From Octopus vulgaris (Eukaryota), in NCBI GenBank assembly GCA_951406725.2, contig OX597818.1, positions 68,076,001-68,140,000 of the forward strand: a stretch of DNA of 64,000 bases, given 5' to 3'. Under the pieces are notes generated by a model that was not told the origin of the DNA, did not search any database, and was given only the letters and a program-made list of their open reading frames with translations. Numbering within the stretch: position 1 is the stretch's first letter; every line of letters starts with the position of its first letter. A program made the translations under genes and the position numbers. Positions 38,204-52,234 of the stretch are shown piece after piece.

Positions 38204-39711
38204 TGAGAGAGAGAGTAATGCCTCTATCGTTTATTATTTGATGCAGTGGATGATGGACGAACAATCAAAACGCTAAATCAATTTGCAAGTTCTGGTATTA
38301 GATAAGTTCAATAAGGGGGTAAATATGCAAATTCCTTTTGTCTGCTTATTGCCAGAACAGTAAATCTGTGACTGAAGTAGTAACCCAAATAATCAATGTC
38401 CAATTTAAATGATTTTTAATAAAAATGTATTGATACTACAGAAATCATTTCTAAAAGTATATTTATCATATTTGATGCTTTAACAAAAATACTTCACACA
38501 CAAACCTTTTTGTTTTGTAATGCCTATTTGTCAATGAATAATAAACGTTTCACATTTTTTAAGTCGGCAACTAACTCCATACACAAAATCGGAATAGTGA
38601 CATTCTGTATTAAACTCATGCATTAAGTTCGATGCAATTTAACCTTTTTCAACTCTACTTCCTTTACTGTGAAGTTTATTTGATCAATTCTGATGATCCA
38701 TTACGAAAATATAGCAGTGAATTGTTGTTTGTACACCATATTAATTTCAAATATTTCCACTTCTATATTTTGGGGTATTAGCTTCTGCAAATATGTTTTT
38801 AATTAAATTTGTGTTTGCAGAAATGTTAGCATTCTTTCATGGTTTACAGATTTCTCATGATCTTTTCGAACAGATTTACACACTTGCAACATTTACACAT
38901 TCCATAGAGTCGTTTAAGATGACATTTCCAATCATTTTTATACTGCTCTCATCATTTGTATTTCAATTTTTCATCACGTATTGTTATTAATAAGGTTAAA
39001 TAAAAGTTTACTATGAAAGAGAGTTGTTGCAATAACTACAGATAGAATTTCTTTCATAATAATTGCACAGAATTCACTAAACAACAAAAAGTAGTGATAA
39101 AAAAGAGGAATTCTGATGAATAGAATAAATTCCACAACGATGCCGTTTTCTGGTTTCGACTAAATTAGTCCATAATTTAAAAATGGCAGTATCAATCCCG
39201 CTCCAAATACCAAATACATACATAAAAATAATTGAGAAAAATGTATTTTTGGCAAGATAGAATATTCATTTACGCATCCTTCACATTCCATCTTTTAATT
39301 TAATAAAAATAAAATATATTTTGAAATATAGTTCTCTGCCTTAAATTAAAATCTAAAACTTCACTAGTTTGTTAAAAGAATGAAATGTTGTTGAGAGACA
39401 AAGAATGCATACACTGCGCATTTTTATAAAACAGAATACTTTGATTTCCCCAAATAACCTATCATCATAAAGATGGTTTAAGAGAGCTAAGGTTAGATTA
39501 GATTATTTATAAAAACACTCAAAAACATTAGTCATGCATTTCTCTATATCAATAATGGTAAAACTGAAATCCCACATCTGAAAATACTATCTCTTCCTCT
39601 AAACACGATTGCGCAGCATCTCAAGTATAACGTCATCGTTGTTGTCGTCATCATCATCATGATCATCATCATCATCATCATCATCATCAGCGTCGTCATC
39701 ATTATCATCAT

Positions 39712-39940
39712 TTAACGTCCATTTTCCATGCTAGCACCGGTTGGTCAGTTTGGCAGGAGCTGGTAAGTCCAGGAGCCGCGCTAGGTTCCATTGTCTGTCT
39801 TGGGATGGTCCCTACAGCTGGATGCCCTTCCCATCGCCAGCCACGTTAAAGTCTCCATTACCAGTGTTCTCTCCGTAGTACCAACACCAGTGCTTTTTAC
39901 ATGGTGCCAAAACCACTTTCATTTTACGTGATACCAGACC
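39712..39940 (-). mobile_element. Repeat with an RTE-type tail (ggaagggcatccagctgtag motif); related fragments near 31800, 52990 and 63830
   Basis: The motif ends in aaatggacgttaaa next to a (GAT)n tract. Confidence 0.55.
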
Positions 39941-40240
39941 CAAATAAATAAAAGCTTAGTTAATTTTTGATACCAACCTGAGACGAAGGGTTAAAATATA
40001 AGAGAATCATCGAAAGCCGAGCCGGTTTTTCTTGCTTTTAGAGAAGCTACAAGGAATGCCTGTGACTATATGCGTTCGTATGTACGTACAAAAAGACAAA
40101 GAGAGAAAGAGAGAGAGGTGAATTACAACTGTGAATGATCTATAATTTATTTGAATATTACGAAATAATTTAATGTAAAATACCATATTAAGACTAAATA
40201 TAAGATGTTGCTGCATGAAAAAAAAGGTGTAGAGCAAATA

Positions 40241-40917
40241 CACAAAATTAGAAATATTGCATTTCTAAACCTCTCGGAGAGAGTTATGCAGTAGTTGTAC
40301 GATAAAGTGATGGTTTGTTGCCAACTTAGTGAGGCAGTCCCAGAAAGGGAAGAGTGCTACGGCTATTTAGCCCCAGGAAACATCGTTTCCAGTTGGCTGT
40401 GTGAGACAAGTGTACTGTGTACTTAACTTTTCAAACAGGGGAGATAAGCACCTCCACCCAGCAAAGCCAGCATTCAGATACTAGTTTCAAAGTCATTGCT
40501 CTTCATCAGTCTGGAGTAACTTGGCTTGCTAGCTGTCGATATGCCTATCCGCCTTTGAAACCTTATAGAATTTCAAGTGAAATAAATTCACTGATCTACA
40601 AAATAAGGAATATCGCATTTCTAAATCTTTTAGAGAGTAGCAGCACGATGAAGTGATGGCTTGTTGGAAAAGAAAGAAAATTGCAGCTATTCAGCCCCAA
40701 GAAACACCATTTCTCGGTGGCTAAGTGATACACACGTTCTGTATCTTGAAGTTTTCAAACAACTGTTTATCAAACAGGTGCATATCTCCACTGTTTGAAA
40801 CATTAAGAAGACAGAACGCTTGTGTCACGTGGCCAGTGAGAAATGGCGTTTCTTGAGGTTAAATGGCAGTAGAATTCTTCTCTTTCCTGGGACTGCCACA
40901 TTAACTTGGCAACAAGC
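40241..40917 (-). mobile_element. Non-coding PLE/retrozyme-like unit: direct repeat, hammerhead, direct repeat, inverted repeat
   Basis: 40241-40453 resembles 40597-40761 in direct orientation and 40777-40917 in inverted orientation. Confidence 0.75.
40461..40529 (-). ncRNA. Type I hammerhead ribozyme, intact core, extended stem I
   Basis: Minus: GCAAGCCA agttactc CAGA-CTGATGA-AGAG caatga CTTT-GAAACTAGTA-TCTG aatgc TGGCTTTGC. Confidence 0.85.
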
Positions 40918-41127
40918 AATCAAATACACAAAGATAAAAAATAATTTGTTACTCCAGCTTAGCCAGAATCCATTGACAGGAATCAGTAAAAGAAAAAGGG
41001 TACCTACGTACCTCAGTCTATCTATCTATCTACTTTATCAATATATTTGTCTGAGACTATATATGTATATAGATATGCATATATGTATATATTATATATA
41101 TATTATGTATATATGTATATATTATGT

Positions 41128-41680
41128 CAGGTCACTTTCGAGTGCTATTGGTAACATGTAACTCAGTACAACCTGTTGCATGGTCGGGTCGTCGGCGACT
41201 AAACCGGCAACCCCACCAAGCTTGCTTGGTGAGGAGGGTGTTTATTGGACACCCTGCGGAATGAAAAACAAAACGCGTCAAAGGGCGGAGGAACTCTTGA
41301 GAGTCAACGGCCATCCAATAAATAAATGTCTTAAGGCTGTATCATGCGCGGGGACATAGAAATAATGGGACTGAATACCCGATCGCGCGGTTAAACCACT
41401 GGGAGTGAAGGACTCCTAGCCTTTGTTAAGGCATCCTTCTAGGAGAAGGTAACTTGGGTAACTGGGATAACTCCGATATAAAACCTGCGGCTCAGTGGTT
41501 ACCGATGATGTTGACTCGTTCTTCTTTTCGGATTATGACTGCTGTTGCTTAGTGAATGGGATTGACTCAGTGCACAGCCTTTCCTCACTTTAAAAAAAAT
41601 CTTGCACAGGCATTGCACGATAACAACATTAATTAAGCTTCGTGCAATGGCCATACACGATAATGAGGGGCCAGCCACCA
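41128..41680 (+). mobile_element. Non-coding repeat resembling an RTE-type 5' UTR; partial second copy at about 37080-37330
   Basis: Shares ggtaacatgtaac..tacaacctgt..actaaacc..ttggacaccctgc with 37100-37200. Contains the ggcatccttctaggagaaggtaact motif. Confidence 0.5.
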
Positions 41681-41724
<44 letters not shown>

Positions 41725-41822
41725 TAGATATATATAGGGAGAGTTTACGAAAAAACAAAAGACGAAGATAGGTGGTGCACAAAACAAATAGATGTATTAG
41801 AATAACGCTCAGGAATAGAAAA

Positions 41823-41865
41823 AGTATTTTACGTTTCGAACCAACGCTCTTCTACAGAAAGGGAC
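41823..41865 (-). ncRNA. Second copy of the CUGUAGA hammerhead-like motif
   Basis: Minus: CTTT-CTGTAGA-A-GAGC gttg GTTC-GAAACGTA-AAAT. Confidence 0.55.
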
Positions 41866-41887
41866 ACAGAAAAAACAGGAAAGAAAC

Positions 41888-41935
<48 letters not shown>

Positions 41936-42466
41936 ATGATACGTATATTTAAATCTACACCATGTTATTAGTTTCATATGCCAAAGCGAAATGTTAAAAT
42001 ATACATATGTATCGATGATAGATAAACACTAATACACACACACACACACACACACCACACACATTCACACGCACAAACATGTATGCATATATCTCACCTT
42101 ATCGTCACCCCCCTTACTGTCCCCTCCCTCCTGCTGGCTTGTATTGGACTAACATTATTTAAGGCCCAATTGATTGCAGTGAGAGATGTTTAAATTGTTG
42201 TATTTTAGGAAAAGTTATCGAGTTCAGAATTCTTGAAATATTGTATCTAATTATACCGTAAATGCTGGAAATATATTAGTCATATGCAGTCATATTTCAT
42301 ATGCAAAATAACACACACACACACACACACAGACAAACCCACAAACACACAAACACACACACACACGCACAAGAAGCACAAACGCGCTTATATAGACATA
42401 GGCATTTCTGTATTTTTATAAATATGTGTGTGTATATGTATGAATGTATGCATGCATGCAAGTATA

Positions 42467-42532
<66 letters not shown>

Positions 42533-42806
42533 TCTATGTATCTATGGATGTATAAATGTATATATGTAAATAGGTATGTATGTAATTATATATGTATGGG
42601 TTCATATATAAAATTATATATGCATATTCATACTTGCACACAAACACACACACACACATATATAAATATGCACACCCATAAACATATATATATACGTATA
42701 TATATGTATGTATATATATATGTGTGTGTTTGTATGTATTTATGTATATATATATGTGTGTGTGTGGGGGGGTTTGTAGGAATATATATATATATATATA
42801 TATATT

Positions 42807-42838
<32 letters not shown>

Positions 42839-44024
42839 ATATCATATGTATGTACATATTATGGTAAAGCAGATTGGTTAGCAGTGAGATACGTTAACAT
42901 GTATTTCAAGACAGATTTCTGTGTTTGGAATTCTAGAAATATGGAAACTAATTAAACAGCAAAATGGTTAAATGTTGGAAAGGCATCAGCAGTCTCAGAA
43001 GAAGAAGAACTTATTTTTATTTCCATTTGTGGGAAGAGTTCAAAGCAGATTTATTCTATTTCAATATTGTAGGAGAATAAAGTTTTCTGTCTCTCAATTG
43101 GGAGACGCATTTAAGTCTTTAGCAAGCTTTCTGCTTTGTAATTAGATGAGTCAATATTTGAAAAAAAATCTATTTTAGTTTTATGATATTGGAAATTAAT
43201 AACCTGTAATGATAAATTACATTATTATAGGCTATATACCGTCATTATTCTTACTGTATTTAGCCTATACAGTATAAAGCCATTGTAAATATATATACAG
43301 ATATATATATTCATATATATATATGTGTGTGTGTGTGTATGTATATATACAGATATATGTATGTATATATTCTTCCTTGACATGATTGTTAGTCATTGTG
43401 CAGGTATGCTCGTGTGCTTAAATGTTCTCCTTCCATTCACGTTGTTCCAGGTTCAGTTCCACTGCTTAACACCTTAGTTGAGTGCCTTCAACTACAGTCT
43501 TGATCCAACTAAACATTTGTGAGATTTGTTAGATGGAAATTGAAAGAAACTTTGCAGTGTATCTGTGCGGGAGAGAAGATCCCACTGGTATGGCCCTGTG
43601 TTGCAGCTGGATAAGGACAGCTATATAAAGGAGTGGTCTTCATTACACACGGTAAAAATCTGTGAAAGAGGAAGACGTAGGAAGGCGTGGGATGGAATTT
43701 TAAGCTTACGATCTTGAACCTCTCAGAGTAGATGACGAAAGACTGAGATGAATGTCAATATATATGCTCTACATGAGAAGACCGCAGCCATCTCAACAGA
43801 ATTGAGGTTCTGTCCTCCCTCACAACTCATACGCCTATTTTTCACCCATTTTCCTTGACATCGTCTGCATCCAACTCATTGCTTGTCTCTAATCATCTGT
43901 CACACTTTTCTCACTCACTGCAATTACCTACACATCCACCTTTTCCGACCCTCCCTACATATTTTTTTCCTCTCTCTGTGTTTTTTCGTTCCCTCCCCAT
44001 GCTTTCCCTTCTCAAACCTTTTTT

Positions 44025-44408
44025 GTTTCTTTATTGCCCACAAAGGCTAAACACAGAGGGAACAAACAAAGGGATTAAGTCAATTACATCGCAGAAATAG
44101 GTATTTCGTCAGTCTTTATGTTCTGAGTTCAAATTCCGCCGAGGTCGACTTTGCCTTTCATCCATTCGAGGTCGATAATTTAAGTACCAGTTACCCACTA
44201 GGGGCTAAACACATAGAGAACAAACAGTGAGATTAAGTCGATTATATTGACCCCAGTGCGTAACTGGTACTTAATTTATCGCCCCCCCCCCCAAAGGATA
44301 AAAGGCAAAGTCGACCTCGTCGGAATTTGAACACAGAACGTAGCGGCAGACGAACTACATCTAAGCATTTCGCCCGGCGTGCTAACGTTTCTGCCAGCTC
44401 GCCGTCTC
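44025..44408. mobile_element. Rearranged SINE family B with an internal inversion (minus/plus/minus)
   Basis: 44025-44091 minus, 44094-44203 plus, 44200-44408 minus. Confidence 0.8.
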
Positions 44409-45434
44409 TAAACTGTTACTTATTATGATGACAGGAAAATTCGACCCTGGTGGTATTTGAACCTAGAACGTAAATATAGACCAAATATAGACTAAACACA
44501 CTAAATATTCTGCTGCCAATATATTACAAACCATTAAGCAGAGGGAAGAATATCACAATATTTTGTCTGATCTTTAAAAGTCTTGTCTTTTCCAATCTAC
44601 AAAAAAGACGAATTATTTTAAAATCGAATGAAATTGAAAATAAAGGGTTACCACTATGTTTAATTAGATTTATTTTTAATTCTTATATTTTTTATAAATA
44701 TTTCGCTGGAATATTTTTATTTCTTTTTTCTTCATATAGTTTATTGATATATTTGTGTGGTTGTTTCTCTTTTTTATAAGTTTTATTGATTTTCGTGCGG
44801 TTGCTTTCCTCCGCTGGTCCCCCGCCAGCCACTCTGCTTCTCCTGTTGAAACAAGTCATTCGCTTCTCAACACTTTAAGAAACATTGCTGTTCTCATTCT
44901 GACTTACTTATTCATTCTTTCATTAATCTATGCATTCATTTACTGTTTTTTTGTTTTTCAGACAGAATTCTTGGGGAATAAATAAATGAGTGAGGAATAT
45001 TCGAAAAGGAAATAAAACAAACTCAATACCACACAACGAACTCCATCTCGCAAATCACTGAAGAATATGACGAACAATCAACACTTGTTTGCATTTTTCT
45101 TTTGGTCTTTATCTATCTTTTTTTATGTTACTAATCCCTTACAGCAATAATCAAAGAAATGGAAAGTCAGAATAAAAAATAATAATAAAAGCCAAAACCA
45201 GGAAGCAAAATCTTATTCTGTTACACATTAGTATGGAATAATGTTTTGGGAGTCTTTTTTGGTTTTGTTTTCTTGTACCATTTTACATTTTATTATATAT
45301 TTTTATTTTTACTCTTGCAGAGTAACGCATGAGCTAAACTTCCATATATAGTCATTTATGTGAGTTTCAGATGTATTATAATTATCGTCGCCGTCATCAT
45401 TATTATTGGAAGTAGTAGCGGTGTTTATCATTAC

Positions 45435-45485
<51 letters not shown>

Positions 45486-46444
45486 CAACTTATTTTTTGT
45501 GAAATTTTGTTTAATTTTAGTCTACTTAAAAGGAAGAAAATAAATAAATTGAAATTAAATACAAAAAATAACTACTTTCCACCTGAACAACATTAAATCA
45601 TTTCTCCCTGAAGGTACATCGATGAATAAAAGGTTACCTCCAAAGCAAGAGTACAGCGAATACACTGAATTTAATCTTTCGTTCTTCTGCATTTGTAATG
45701 TGTGTGTGTGTGTGTGTGTGTGTGTCTTTTAGATAATTTCAAATTCTGTGTTTTACTCTTTCAGAGGGCTTCATTTACATAACTAATACCTCCAAGAAAG
45801 ATCAACCAACCAACAAGCCAGCAGGCCAGGTGCGATCCCTGTGACCTGGGTTCAGCTTGTCATGATTCACCAGTTTCCTCGTCCAGAAATATTTTTGACA
45901 GTATCTTGCCCTCTTCCCGTCCACTTTCCTGTGTGGACAGTCTTGAATCAATGACACGTGGTGCAATGTGTGTCCAGAATATTTTGTTGACTTGGAACTC
46001 CACAATAAGTGTATTTAGACTTTCAGCATATCTAGTACAGCCGTATCCATCAACCTATCTGTCCAGCTTATTCTGCTTAATCTTTTAAGGCTGGTCAGAA
46101 AATCTTACCCTCAGTTCACTGTTAACCGAGTTAAGTGGTACCATGGATAAGGTATTGAACTTATCTTTTCATAAATCTTCTTCATTTCCAATTTCTAACT
46201 CCCACTCATGAACCTCATTGCTTACTTCAGAAAGAAATTTGACTCTGAAATGTTTGCTTCGCTTTATTGTCATAACTAAATAGCAGATACTCTTTGAATA
46301 TTAAAAAAGCTAGTCATCATCATAATCATCGTCGTCGTCGTCATCATCCTCGTTGTCCTAATCTTGTCATCGTCGTTGTGATTTTGTCTCTTTCATTGTC
46401 CTCCTGTATTCGTCCTCGTCATGCTTAAGTCAGCCCCCTCCAGT

Positions 46445-46800
46445 CTTACACGAGATGGATGAGTTTTATTCTCTTCAGCGTTTCCACACATATTGAAATC
46501 TGTTGTCCTCACCTTTATGCAATTCGGCCCTAACATCATCTTTCATCACTTCTTCCCAGATATTTCGTAGTCTCCATCTTCTTCTACTTCAATCTCTCAA
46601 GACATTTCAAAGCCATCATTTTGCCATTGACATCATATCTCCTTCACCAAATGACTTGTGTTTCTTTCAACTTGGTTCGGCATCTTTCTTTACACACACC
46701 CTGCCAACCACACTCACTTTTTCCTCCGTTCCAGGATCCAATATTCTTCTTTGTTTCAGTGGCTGCATCTTCCTGCCATGCAACATCAAACTTCAAACTC
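46445..46800 (-). pseudogene. Very old RTE-like LINE 3' end
   Basis: Minus-strand remnant ..RRRWRLRNIWEEVMKDD.. resembles GxRxRGRPRxxWxxxxxxD. Confidence 0.4.
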
Positions 46801-46845
46801 TAAGAATATAAATCAGATTTGTAACACAGCAAAAAACGAACATTC

Positions 46846-47255
46846 GAGGCTTACGTATGGCCGTATGGTAAGAGGTTTGTACCTCAATCTCATGGTTCCA
46901 CGGTCAGTCCCACAGCAGAATTCCTTGGGCAAATGTATTCTAGTATAGCATCGAACCAATCAAAGCCTTGTGAGTGGAGTTTGTAGACGGAAACTGAAAG
47001 AATCACGTTGTAAATATATCTGTGTGTATATATATGTGTGCGTGTTGTTTCTGTGTTTGTCCCCACCACAACATTTGTCGATCGATTTTGGTGTGTTTAT
47101 GCCCCTGTAACAAAGCAGTTCAGCAAAGGAGACCAATAGAATAAGTACCAAGCTTTAAAAAAATAAGTATTAGGTTTGACTCACTGAATTAAAATTCCTT
47201 TAATTGGTGCCCCAGCATTGCCATGGTCTGATGGTTGAAACAATTAAAATGATTT
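46846..47255 (+). mobile_element. SINE family A, older copy
   Basis: gccttgtgagtggagtttgtagacggaaactgaaaga and agaataagtacc motifs. Confidence 0.8.
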
Positions 47256-49392
47256 TAAGAAATAAGATATTAAAAGCCAAGCAAAATAAAACTACATCCC
47301 AAACAAATCGTGACTTTCTGTTCCGGATTATTCTATTGAAGTAGAACCATGGAAGAGATAAGCTGATAGATTAATAGAAAGAGAGAAAGAAAAACAGAGA
47401 GAAAAAGTTAAAGAGAGAGGGAGAACGAGGGAGATATTGAATGTAGCTGATCAGTTGAGGTACCCGTGTTGTCATTCATTGGTGATCAGTTCACAAGTTC
47501 ACTTTCTTCATTCTAGACTGAATCTTTAAATAACTTGCAACTCACCATTCTTATGACTCTGTACAACGTAACTAAAACTACTTTGTATATGAACTTTTAG
47601 CTCTTTTTTGTCCAAGAATTCCTGCTAGCTGCTATAAAATAATATTATCGATGAAGTGAGATGGCAAAATCTCTCTGAAAATCAAAAAAAGATTTGTTCA
47701 GGTTTAAAACAAATTGTTACTTTTTTTTGTTATAGACCAAATTATTTTTAGTAGTTCAAGATTTAAAAAGAGTTAACAAGTACGTAGAAGAAAAAGCTTT
47801 AAAAAATTTACATGAACTCTGATATGTCACCACAGATTGCCAAAATAAAAGCCAACTTCAACCATAAAGTAAAATGTAAAGATTCTCTTACTTCTGGAAA
47901 AACCGATTTTTATATTTCTGCTAAAATAGTTGATACATATAAAAATTTACATTGTAAACTAAAAATTCTTTGCTCACCTTACTTAAACTTTGGCGTGGTT
48001 TGGTTTCAAAAGCTCTTTGTAAAAGTTACTTTCATTAGTTCTGAAATCAATTTCAGAAATATCAGCAGATTAACCATCAGAGGGAGAAACAGAATTGTCA
48101 AAGACAATTTACAAATGAATAAATATGCAAAACTTTAAAATTTGCAAAGAAAGGACCATTGAATGTAGAAGACCATTTTGCTTTCTGCTGTTGTTTAACC
48201 ACAAAAGTCTGTATTAATTGAATAACGTTATAATGAAATCTATTCAAGCCATGACGATTCCAGAACTTTTATATTTTTTCAAGACTAATGTTCGTCGAAG
48301 TACATTATTCAATGTGTTTCATGGGTTGTTATTTGGTTGCTATTTTTAGCAAATTGTACAACTACATAATGCAATAATATGGAACATTTTAAAGACGGGG
48401 AATAAATTTCAAGTGCGTAAGAATCTATAGGAGAATAATTGAGCAACAAAAGAAATCTCTTTCATCATTCAAATTACTTGATTAAAGGTAAGGAAGAAGA
48501 TAATAACCAGCTGAAGAAATCATGCCAAAAGTGGGACATAAAACAATACATGATTTTCGATCTTGTCGTGGAGGGCATGGAATTCAAATAAGAATTGATT
48601 TAGACCGCGATAACCCAATCCAATATGGGTACCATATGTAAAATGTTGATGATGATGACTACATCAACAATGATGACGACGACGATGATGAGGATGAAAA
48701 TGAAGGTGGTAATGACAACGATGATGATGACGATGACGACGACGACAATGATGATGACAATGTTAATGGGGATGCAGTTTATAATAAATTGTTGCTTGGG
48801 TCTCGAGGCTTAAACTAATTTTCTCGCGCAGGTTTCCTGGCTTTCTTACGGCGTGTGATTTCGAATTTAGGCACAAGTGACATTTGAACTATAAACACAA
48901 ACTTTTCTGCTCGTCATGTAGAAGCTCCCACGTTTTATATTTCAAAAAGACGGCAGATTATATCATCATCAGCAGCAGCAGCATCACACTCCACCACCAC
49001 CACTACTAACACCACCTACACTACTGACATCACCTTTGTTAATCCTCATCAGATATTGTGAGGATCCAATTTCAATGGGACTTCAGAAGGCACTTTAAAC
49101 CCTATCGACTTCTAATTATGTGGTTCTGTGGAAGGAAATTAACCTACTTTGACTTTGATTAACTTTCATTAATTTGAAATGTATTGCAATTATCCATAAA
49201 ATATTTCTCATAATTAAGCTGGTGCTTGCAACATAAAGAAATATAAAATTTTAATTCAGAACAATTTAAACCTTTTTTTCTCACTTTATTTCAGTTGAAT
49301 TGCATTGTGTTTGTTTAAATTAAATTTGAAAATTATTGAATTTAGGAAGATAACTTTGACATCATTATGCATGGTTTTGGAGCATAAATTAA

Positions 49393-50065
49393 CCCTCACA
49401 AACTTGGGCTCCTGTGTCTAAATTTACCCTCCATCTCGGCTCCTTGAGTATACACAGCTCAAGAGTAACGATTGTTGACAAAATCGCACACATCCAAAAA
49501 AAAATTCAGGCGAATAACAATAGTTGGGCTATCCCTCAACTAACGTATTTGTTCATTGTAGACAAACTAATGGACAAAATCATAAGAAAGGTTCTGGAGG
49601 AAAACCATTATAGGATATTTCTCAACTGTATTTGTTCACCAGAATCACTTCTTTCCTCATCACGTCCATCAGTTTCCTTGTCCGAATCACTCTCATTGTC
49701 TGCATAAGGGTAAACCCTTCATCTGAGGAATAAATATAATCAACAATTTCCTCAACTGTAAGAATTCACTGCTTTGCTCGTTTACCAGACAAAGTGCTGG
49801 TTTCATCATTCCCACTTAATCGCAAAAAATATCTGCTTGTTCCGGTTAAAAGCAAAAGTAATCAACAGCCATTGGGGATACTATAAAAAAACAAGTCGTA
49901 AACACTCTTGACTACAAAACTACAAACGGTGTTCGGTTGTCTATTTTTAGTGGTTTTTTTAAATCTTCATGTTCTCCGTGTGTTTTTCATTACCGTTTCA
50001 ATGGCAATCTGATAGAGAATACCTTTAGGCTATTCCTTCGATGCCGGGAACATGGCGTGAAAGGG
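49393..50065 (-). mobile_element. Probable piggyBac-like deletion derivative
   Basis: TTAA|CCCT at 49389 and AGGG|TTAA at 50062-50069. Minus strand encodes an acidic N-terminal remnant (ILTVEEIVDYIYSSDEG..DNESDSDKETDGRDEERSDSGE). TIR match is short. Confidence 0.5.
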
Positions 50066-51814
50066 TTAACATATATTGCAGGGGCAAAGTTTAAACTGCA
50101 GATTACTTCAAATAAAGAAGATTGTATCACAGAACTAGCGGAGAGTGCATCTCATTCAAGTAACCATTAAAAGGAATAAACAGGGACACTATGCAGTTGT
50201 TAACCTCAGGTGAGGCCTGAGCTACGGTCCCTATCATAAAAGACACTTCTGCAGTGATTGCCACTATCATACTATCAAAAATAATTTATTTAGGATTACA
50301 TCATCAAATGTAATTAATAGGTGTGGACATACCATGATGTGGTGTAAACCAGCGTCTTTGTCTCAGGGATAAATACATTTAAGCATCCTCTAAAGAGAAG
50401 ATTTGCAGAGTAAACAATAAGTAAACCAACAGACGGCAACACGGAGCTTTGACAGTAAATTTCTTACGAATAATCACGAATCTCAGATGATTTTTTATGA
50501 AGGTCTAAGATTACTAATGCTTGTAGACATGGAAATGAAGAGAAAGACAGAGAAAGCAGAGGAGCAAAATAGACTCTCCAGCCCTGACCGAAACGTATTT
50601 TACAAAATCGATATGACAGTCCAAGATCTCTCTTACCTCAGTATAGACAATTCAGCCATGATCCTATATTTTACTGAACTGAAATGTTACCAGTTCTTCA
50701 TTTGAAGATGTCCAAATCGGAAATGAAGTAATTATACTGTTTCTCTGAAACGTTTACTGTTTTCTCTGCTAATCTTCTTCCCTTTTAAGTATGCATACCC
50801 TGGAATGTTGAAATGGCTTGAGAGAAGTTTTATTTTGTCATTGGTTCACCCTCAGTTTACTGCAGTTGAATGAGCAAAGATGCATTGATGTGGTTATAAA
50901 GGCTGAGGTTTGGTGGCAGTGAAGGCATCCACTCATACAAAATCTACCTCAAAACCTCTGTCCAAATCAGGCAAATATGGAAAGGCAGATATTAAAACAT
51001 CTAATTAGATGTTTAGATGAATTAGATATTCAGAATATATTAGATCTGATCCAGTAGATCGGTGATAAAATATCATTCCAACAATAACCTCATTGCTCGT
51101 ACCTTTCTTTATTCTTAAATATCAGTCATTATATTGTCAATACGTCCTTCATTAGTGAACTCATTAGGGCCGTACCATACCATTAAGGAGGCCTCGCTGC
51201 TTTTTCCTGCAAGTTCAATACTTTCACAGAGGCTGCTTTATTGGCTTAAGATCAAATCTTTTAATACCCACAGTACAACACTTAAGAAAATATATTAGCA
51301 GATCAAAATGAAAATCTTATTTCCAAAGATAATCAAAAAATAACACAGAAATTTTTTTAAAAAACATACAAAAATATCTGAAAAGAAACAAAAAAAATCA
51401 TTGTTCTGTTCTTAAAGTACAAATGTCCTCCTGTGTAGACTTGCAGATATCAGATCAATTATGTTATTCTTGAGCAATTTTACTTCCCATTTGGCATTAC
51501 ATTTATTTTGTATTTCTCTTGGTGAGTCTGTGTGTGTGTATGTCTATGTGTCTGTGTGTGTGATATGTTTGCAATATTTATTATTAAAAAAAAAAAAAAG
51601 ACAACACTGTTCTCACCAAATTTCTTATCTAATTGAACAATCTTAATAGTATTAATTCAGAATGATCTATTTGAAGTCTTTTTCTCCTGATTTTGACAAG
51701 ATTGACCAATAAATGAAGAAACAGCAAAACAATATATATATGCGTAGGGGTTTCTGCCTCAGAATATGTATATATGAATATGTGCGTTTGCGTGTGCATG
51801 GGAATATAAGTATG

Positions 51815-51845
<31 letters not shown>

Positions 51846-51876
51846 ATATATGTGTGTATATATATATATATACATA

Positions 51877-51950
<74 letters not shown>

Positions 51951-51953
51951 ATG

Positions 51954-52013
<60 letters not shown>

Positions 52014-52197
52014 GATTTTTTAAACCTACTCCAAACCCCACCAAAGGAAATAAAGCAAAAAAACATAGGTTCTCCATTTGACAATATTGACCAATAAATA
52101 TAGGTGTAACAAAACAATGCATACATAAACACACACGCATATATATCTATATATATTCGCACACATACATACACAAGGACATATACACACATTTATA

Positions 52198-52234
<37 letters not shown>

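Noticed and set aside
44690-44875. GC-richer open frame on minus (VEKRMTCFNRRSRVAGGGPAEES...) as a host exon
   Set aside because: Splice signals are weak, there is no recognisable domain and there are no partner exons. RNA-seq would be needed.
45765-46060. Possible exon or Gypsy integrase C-terminal remnant
   Set aside because: Only vague similarity across frameshifts; not supportable by eye.
50488-50610. tttatga-aGGTC...GACC-GAAACGTA hammerhead candidate
   Set aside because: The core is degenerate and stem I does not form adjacent to the core.
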